Shown: in pieces, positions 60,335 to 64,000 of the stretch | Layout: every line of letters starts with the position of its first letter | Position numbering within the stretch: the stretch's first letter is position 1 | Origin: Deltaproteobacteria bacterium | GTDB lineage: Bacteria; Myxococcota_A; UBA9160; PR03 | Direction: 5' to 3' | Assembly (NCBI GenBank): GCA_031396445.1 | Contig: JANNKU010000020.1 | Span: forward strand, 1,302-65,301 | DNA length: 64,000 nt | Notes under the pieces: generated by a model | What the model saw: only the letters and a program-made list of their open reading frames with translations | What the model was told of the DNA's origin: nothing | Database searches by the model: none | Program-made: the position numbers and the translations under genes

Positions 60335-61192
60335 TCAATCGTCGTAAGAATCCCCCTGATCCACCACCCGCACGACCGGAATCTCCGGCACCACTTCCTT
60401 CGACAGAAACCAAGCCCCCACCGCCACCGACACAATCGCCGGTAACAGCACCAGCAGCGGCGTATGCGCCCCCGCTGCGTTGTACCCCGGCACGGCGATC
60501 AGCAGCGGCGCAGCCATCGCGACGACGCCCATTCCGTTGACGCCGATGTGCAGCAGGATCGGTGCGAGCAGCGATCCGGTCCGGTGTCGCGCGTAGCCGA
60601 AGGTGATGCCGAGCACGAGCGTCTGCGCGACGAGTGCGCCCCACGCTTGCGGCGACAGGCCGGCGCCGTGGCCGAGTGCGAAGAAGAGCGCCGTGACGAA
60701 GATGCCGCCGGCGGCGCCCATGCTGGCGACGAGGCCCTGCTGCACGACGCCGCGGAAGAACCACTCTTCGACGACCGGCACGAGGCCGACGGCGACGATC
60801 AGCGTTTCGAGCACCGAGAGGCGGGTGTCGGTCGGGAGTTTGTCGAGCGTTTCCTGCACGACTAGCTGCGCGTCGGGCGCCGGGAAGATCAATCCGATGA
60901 CGTTGTCGACTTCGCTGGCGATCAACGCGATCGGAAGCAGCAACAGCAGTGGCAAGAGTTGCTGCGCTCGAAGTCCGCGCAGGCCGACGCGTTCGGCGTG
61001 TGGCGGTGGGATGTTGGTGGCGCCGAGCAGGCCGGCGCCGCCGAGGCCGAGCACGGCGGCGATGCCGACCGCGGCAGTGGGCGTCGTCCATTCCGACATC
61101 ATGATGGCGATGCCGCTGGTGAAGAAGACGCCCATCATCGTGAGCAGCGCGGCATTGAGCGGTGTCGGGAACGGACGCGGGGGTGTGTTCAC
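60335..61192 (-). CDS. CPBP-family (CAAX/Abi) intramembrane glutamic protease
   Basis: ORF 60335..61249. Motifs VVEEWFFRGVV, FFALGHG, LHIGVNG. Start proposed at GTG 61190-61192, overlapping the uvrA stop (GTGA). Confidence 0.8.
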   Translation of the reverse strand: MNTPPRPFPTPLNAALLTMMGVFFTSGIAIMMSEWTTPTAAVGIAAVLGLGGAGLLGATNIPPPHAERVGLRGLRAQQLLPLLLLLPIALIASEVDNVIGLIFPAPDAQLVVQETLDKLPTDTRLSVLETLIVAVGLVPVVEEWFFRGVVQQGLVASMGAAGGIFVTALFFALGHGAGLSPQAWGALVAQTLVLGITFGYARHRTGSLLAPILLHIGVNGMGVVAMAAPLLIAVPGYNAAGAHTPLLVLLPAIVSVAVGAWFLSKEVVPEIPVVRVVDQGDSYDD

Positions 61193-64000
61193 GAGAGAAC
61201 CGACGCGAGTGCGCGGCCGGTGTGGCTCGCGCGTTGTTGCGCGATCCATTCGGGCGGGCCTTCGGCGACGATGGTGCCGCCGGCGGCGCCGCCTTCAGGC
61301 CCCATGTCGATGACCCAATCCGCCGTCTTGATCACGTCGAGATGATGTTCGATCACGACCACCGTGTTGCCGAGCTCGACGAGTTTCTGCAGCACCCCGA
61401 GCAGTCGCTCGACGTCGGCGAAGTGCAGGCCCGTCGTGGGTTCGTCGAGAATGTAGAGCGTGCGACCGGTGTCGCGACGCGAAAGTTCGCGCGAGAGCTT
61501 GATGCGCTGCGCTTCGCCGCCGGAGAGCGTCGTCGCCGCCTGGCCGAGGTGGATATAGTCGAGGCCGACGTCGTGCAGCGTTTGCAGCGGTCGGCGCACG
61601 GACTGGAAGTTGCTCAAGAACTCGACGCCTTCCTCGACCGACATTTCGAGTACATCGGCGATGCTCTTGCCTTTGTAGAGCACGTTCAGCGTTTCGCGGT
61701 TGTAGCGCCGACCGCGGCACACCTCGCAGGTGACGAAGATGTCGGGCAGGAAGTGCATCTCGACGCGCTTCATGCCGTCGCCATGGCACGCTTCGCAGCG
61801 GCCGCCTTTCACGTTGAACGAGAAGCGCCCCGGTCCGTAGCCGCGCACGCGCGCCTCGGGCACCTGCGTGAAGAGTTTGCGGATGCCGTCGAAGGCGCCG
61901 GTGTAGGTCGCCGGATTCGAGCGCGGTGTGCGGCCGATCGGCGATTGATCGACGTCGATCACCTTGTCGATGTGCATCAACCCTTCGATGCCGCGAAAGC
62001 GGCCGGGCGGATCCTGCGCGGCGTGCAGTCGCTGCGCGAGCGCTTTGTGCAGCGTGTCGATCACCAACGTCGATTTGCCCGAACCCGAGACTCCCGTCAC
62101 GACGACGAGCATGCCGAGCGGCAGATGCAGATCGACGTGTCTCAGGTTGTGCTCGTGACAATCGCGCAACACGAGCTTGCGTTCACCGGGCTTGCGGCGC
62201 GCGCTCGGCACGGCGATAGAGCGACGACCAGCGAGGTAGTCGCCCGTCAGCGACTTCGGATTCGCGAGGATGGCAGCGAGCGGTCCCTCCGCGACGACTT
62301 CGCCGCCGTGGATGCCGGCGCCTGGCCCCATGTCGATGATCCAGTCCGCGCTGCGGATCGTCTCTTCGTCGTGCTCGACCACCAGCACGGTGTTGCCCTG
62401 GTCGCGCAAGCGGAAGAGCGTTTCGAGCAGGCGCCGATTGTCGCGCGGGTGCAGGCCGATCGACGGCTCGTCGAGCACATAGAGCACGCCGAGCAGGCTC
62501 GAACCGACCTGCGTCGCGAGCCGGATGCGCTGCGCCTCACCGCCCGAGAGCGTGCTCGAACCGCGATCGAGCGTCAGGTAGTCGAGGCCGACGTCCAATA
62601 GAAACCGCAGCCGGTCGCTGATCTCGCGCAGGATGCGATCGGCGATGAGCCGCTTGCCGGCGGGCAGCTCGAGCGTGTCGAGAAAGTTTGCGGCGTCGGC
62701 GATCGAAAGATGCGAGAGCGCATCGATGCCGATCTCGCCGATCCGCACCGCGCGCGCTTCGGGGCGCAGCCGCGAGCCGTCGCAATCCGGACACGGGCGC
62801 GGCGTTGTGAATTGCAGCAGCTCGTCGCCCGACGCGTCCTTGCGACGCGAGAGCTCGCCGATCACGCCATCCCAGCTTCTTTGTGACTTTCCAATTTTTC
62901 CAGCGCGCTCGAAGGTGAATGCGACTTCGTCCGGCGTGCCGAAGAGGATGCCGTCGCGCGCGGCGGGCGAGAGATCCTCGAACTTCGTATCCATCGCGAC
63001 GCCGAAGTGTTCTGCCAGCGCTCCGAGCAATTTGACGTAGTAACGCGACGGTCGTCGCCCCGCGTTCCACGGCTCGATCGCCATCCCGAGCGGGCGCGAC
63101 GGATCGGGCACCACGCGCGCCGGATCGAAGACGTTGCGGGTGCCGAGTCCCGCGCAGGCCTTGCAGGCGCCGTGCGGATTGTTGAACGAGAAGAAGCGCG
63201 GCTCGATCTCCGGGAACGAGACGCCGCAATGTGTGCACGCGCTCTTCTCGGAGAGCAACCACTCCTCGCGGCCCGGGCCGACGTCGATCAGCACGGCGCC
63301 ATCCGCAAGACGCAGCGCGGTTTCGAGCGACTCCGCAATGCGCGTGCGCGCCGTCTCGCGCACCGCGATGCGATCCACCACGACATCGACATCGTGCTTC
63401 GCGGTGCGCGCCATCTCGATCTCGTCGCTGAGATCGTGCAGCGTGCCGTCCACCCGCACGCGCACGAAGCCCTGCGCGCGGAACGCGTCGAGCTCCTTCT
63501 TGTACGAGCCCTTGCGACCGCGCACCACCGGCGCGAGCACCTGCACACGCACGCCCTCGCCAAGGCTGAGCACGCGATCCGTCATCTGCTGCACCGTCTG
63601 ACTCGCGATCGGCCGCCCGCAGATCCAGCAATGCGGCTGACCGACTCGTGCGTAGAGCAGCCGCAGGTGATCGTGGATCTCAGTGATGGTGCCGACCGTC
63701 GAGCGCGGATTCTTCGCGACACTGCGCTGCTCGATCGAGATTGCCGGCGAGAGCCCATCGATCGACTCGACGTCGGGCTTGCTCATCTGGTCGAGAAACT
63801 GCCGTGCGTAGGCAGAGAGCGATTCGACGTAGCGTCGCTGCCCCTCGGCATAGATCGTGTCGAACGCGAGCGACGACTTGCCCGAACCCGAGAGCCCCGT
63901 GATCACGACCAACTGGTCGCGCGGGATGCGCACATCGATGTTGCGAAGATTGTGCTCGCGCGCGCCGCGGACGTGGATTTCGCTCGGCGCTGCGATCGGG
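61189..64000 (-). CDS. uvrA: Excinuclease ABC subunit A (partial, N-terminus beyond right edge)
   Basis: ORF 61189..63933 plus in-frame upstream sequence to 64000 (...[56 protein letters not shown]...). Second [13 protein letters not shown]; Zn-finger cysteines. Confidence 0.97.
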   Translation of the reverse strand, partial: PIAAPSEIHVRGAREHNLRNIDVRIPRDQLVVITGLSGSGKSSLAFDTIYAEGQRRYVESLSAYARQFLDQMSKPDVESIDGLSPAISIEQRSVAKNPRSTVGTITEIHDHLRLLYARVGQPHCWICGRPIASQTVQQMTDRVLSLGEGVRVQVLAPVVRGRKGSYKKELDAFRAQGFVRVRVDGTLHDLSDEIEMARTAKHDVDVVVDRIAVRETARTRIAESLETALRLADGAVLIDVGPGREEWLLSEKSACTHCGVSFPEIEPRFFSFNNPHGACKACAGLGTRNVFDPARVVPDPSRPLGMAIEPWNAGRRPSRYYVKLLGALAEHFGVAMDTKFEDLSPAARDGILFGTPDEVAFTFERAGKIGKSQRSWDGVIGELSRRKDASGDELLQFTTPRPCPDCDGSRLRPEARAVRIGEIGIDALSHLSIADAANFLDTLELPAGKRLIADRILREISDRLRFLLDVGLDYLTLDRGSSTLSGGEAQRIRLATQVGSSLLGVLYVLDEPSIGLHPRDNRRLLETLFRLRDQGNTVLVVEHDEETIRSADWIIDMGPGAGIHGGEVVAEGPLAAILANPKSLTGDYLAGRRSIAVPSARRKPGERKLVLRDCHEHNLRHVDLHLPLGMLVVVTGVSGSGKSTLVIDTLHKALAQRLHAAQDPPGRFRGIEGLMHIDKVIDVDQSPIGRTPRSNPATYTGAFDGIRKLFTQVPEARVRGYGPGRFSFNVKGGRCEACHGDGMKRVEMHFLPDIFVTCEVCRGRRYNRETLNVLYKGKSIADVLEMSVEEGVEFLSNFQSVRRPLQTLHDVGLDYIHLGQAATTLSGGEAQRIKLSRELSRRDTGRTLYILDEPTTGLHFADVERLLGVLQKLVELGNTVVVIEHHLDVIKTADWVIDMGPEGGAAGGTIVAEGPPEWIAQQRASHTGRALASVLS

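Overview
High-GC (about 68-70% by eye), densely coded bacterial chromosomal window with about 75 protein genes. I saw no rRNA, tRNA, CRISPR array, transposase or integrase. All family names come from motif recognition in the supplied translations; no searches were run.

**Layout**
- **1-19.2 kb, replication/partition core.** Minus strand: atpF'-atpF-atpH-atpA (atpA runs off the left edge), bactofilin-parB-parA, rsmG, jag, yidC, yidD, rnpA, rpmH. Plus strand: dnaN, gyrB, gyrA, hemL and a second ATP-synthase block (atpZ/I-like, atpB, atpE). dnaA and recF are missing from their usual slots. Two parS-like palindromes lie at the rsmG 5' end.
- **19.4-34.7 kb, mixed housekeeping and accessory.** tmk, pyrF, a 7TM-PAS-GGDEF cyclase, an MFS transporter, an aminotransferase/SDR operon, DUF429, GNATs, two PEP-CTERM secreted proteins, a sulfatase and an SGNH hydrolase.
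- **34.8-57.8 kb, glutathione/electrophile/alkylation-stress genes.** Five GST or GST-like genes, MAPEG, GFA, VOC, DJ-1, msrAB, ada-alkA/ogt and hypoxanthine-DNA glycosylase.
- **57.8-60.3 kb, lower-GC islet.** Holds brnTA (brnT frameshifted) and a DUF433/DUF5615 pair, followed by a CPBP protease coupled to uvrA (uvrA runs off the right edge).

**Most unusual observations**
1. A 118-nt rod-like palindromic element lies in frame and fuses two GNAT genes.
2. A TetR-associated cluster carries a duplicated GST-like plus DUF1330-like gene pair with an LLM oxidoreductase and a sulfatase.
3. A ten-gene, tightly coupled operon of unrelated small enzymes begins with a GNAT gene bracketed by about 39-bp direct repeats.

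I cannot show that any of these is a truly novel system without database and neighbourhood searches.
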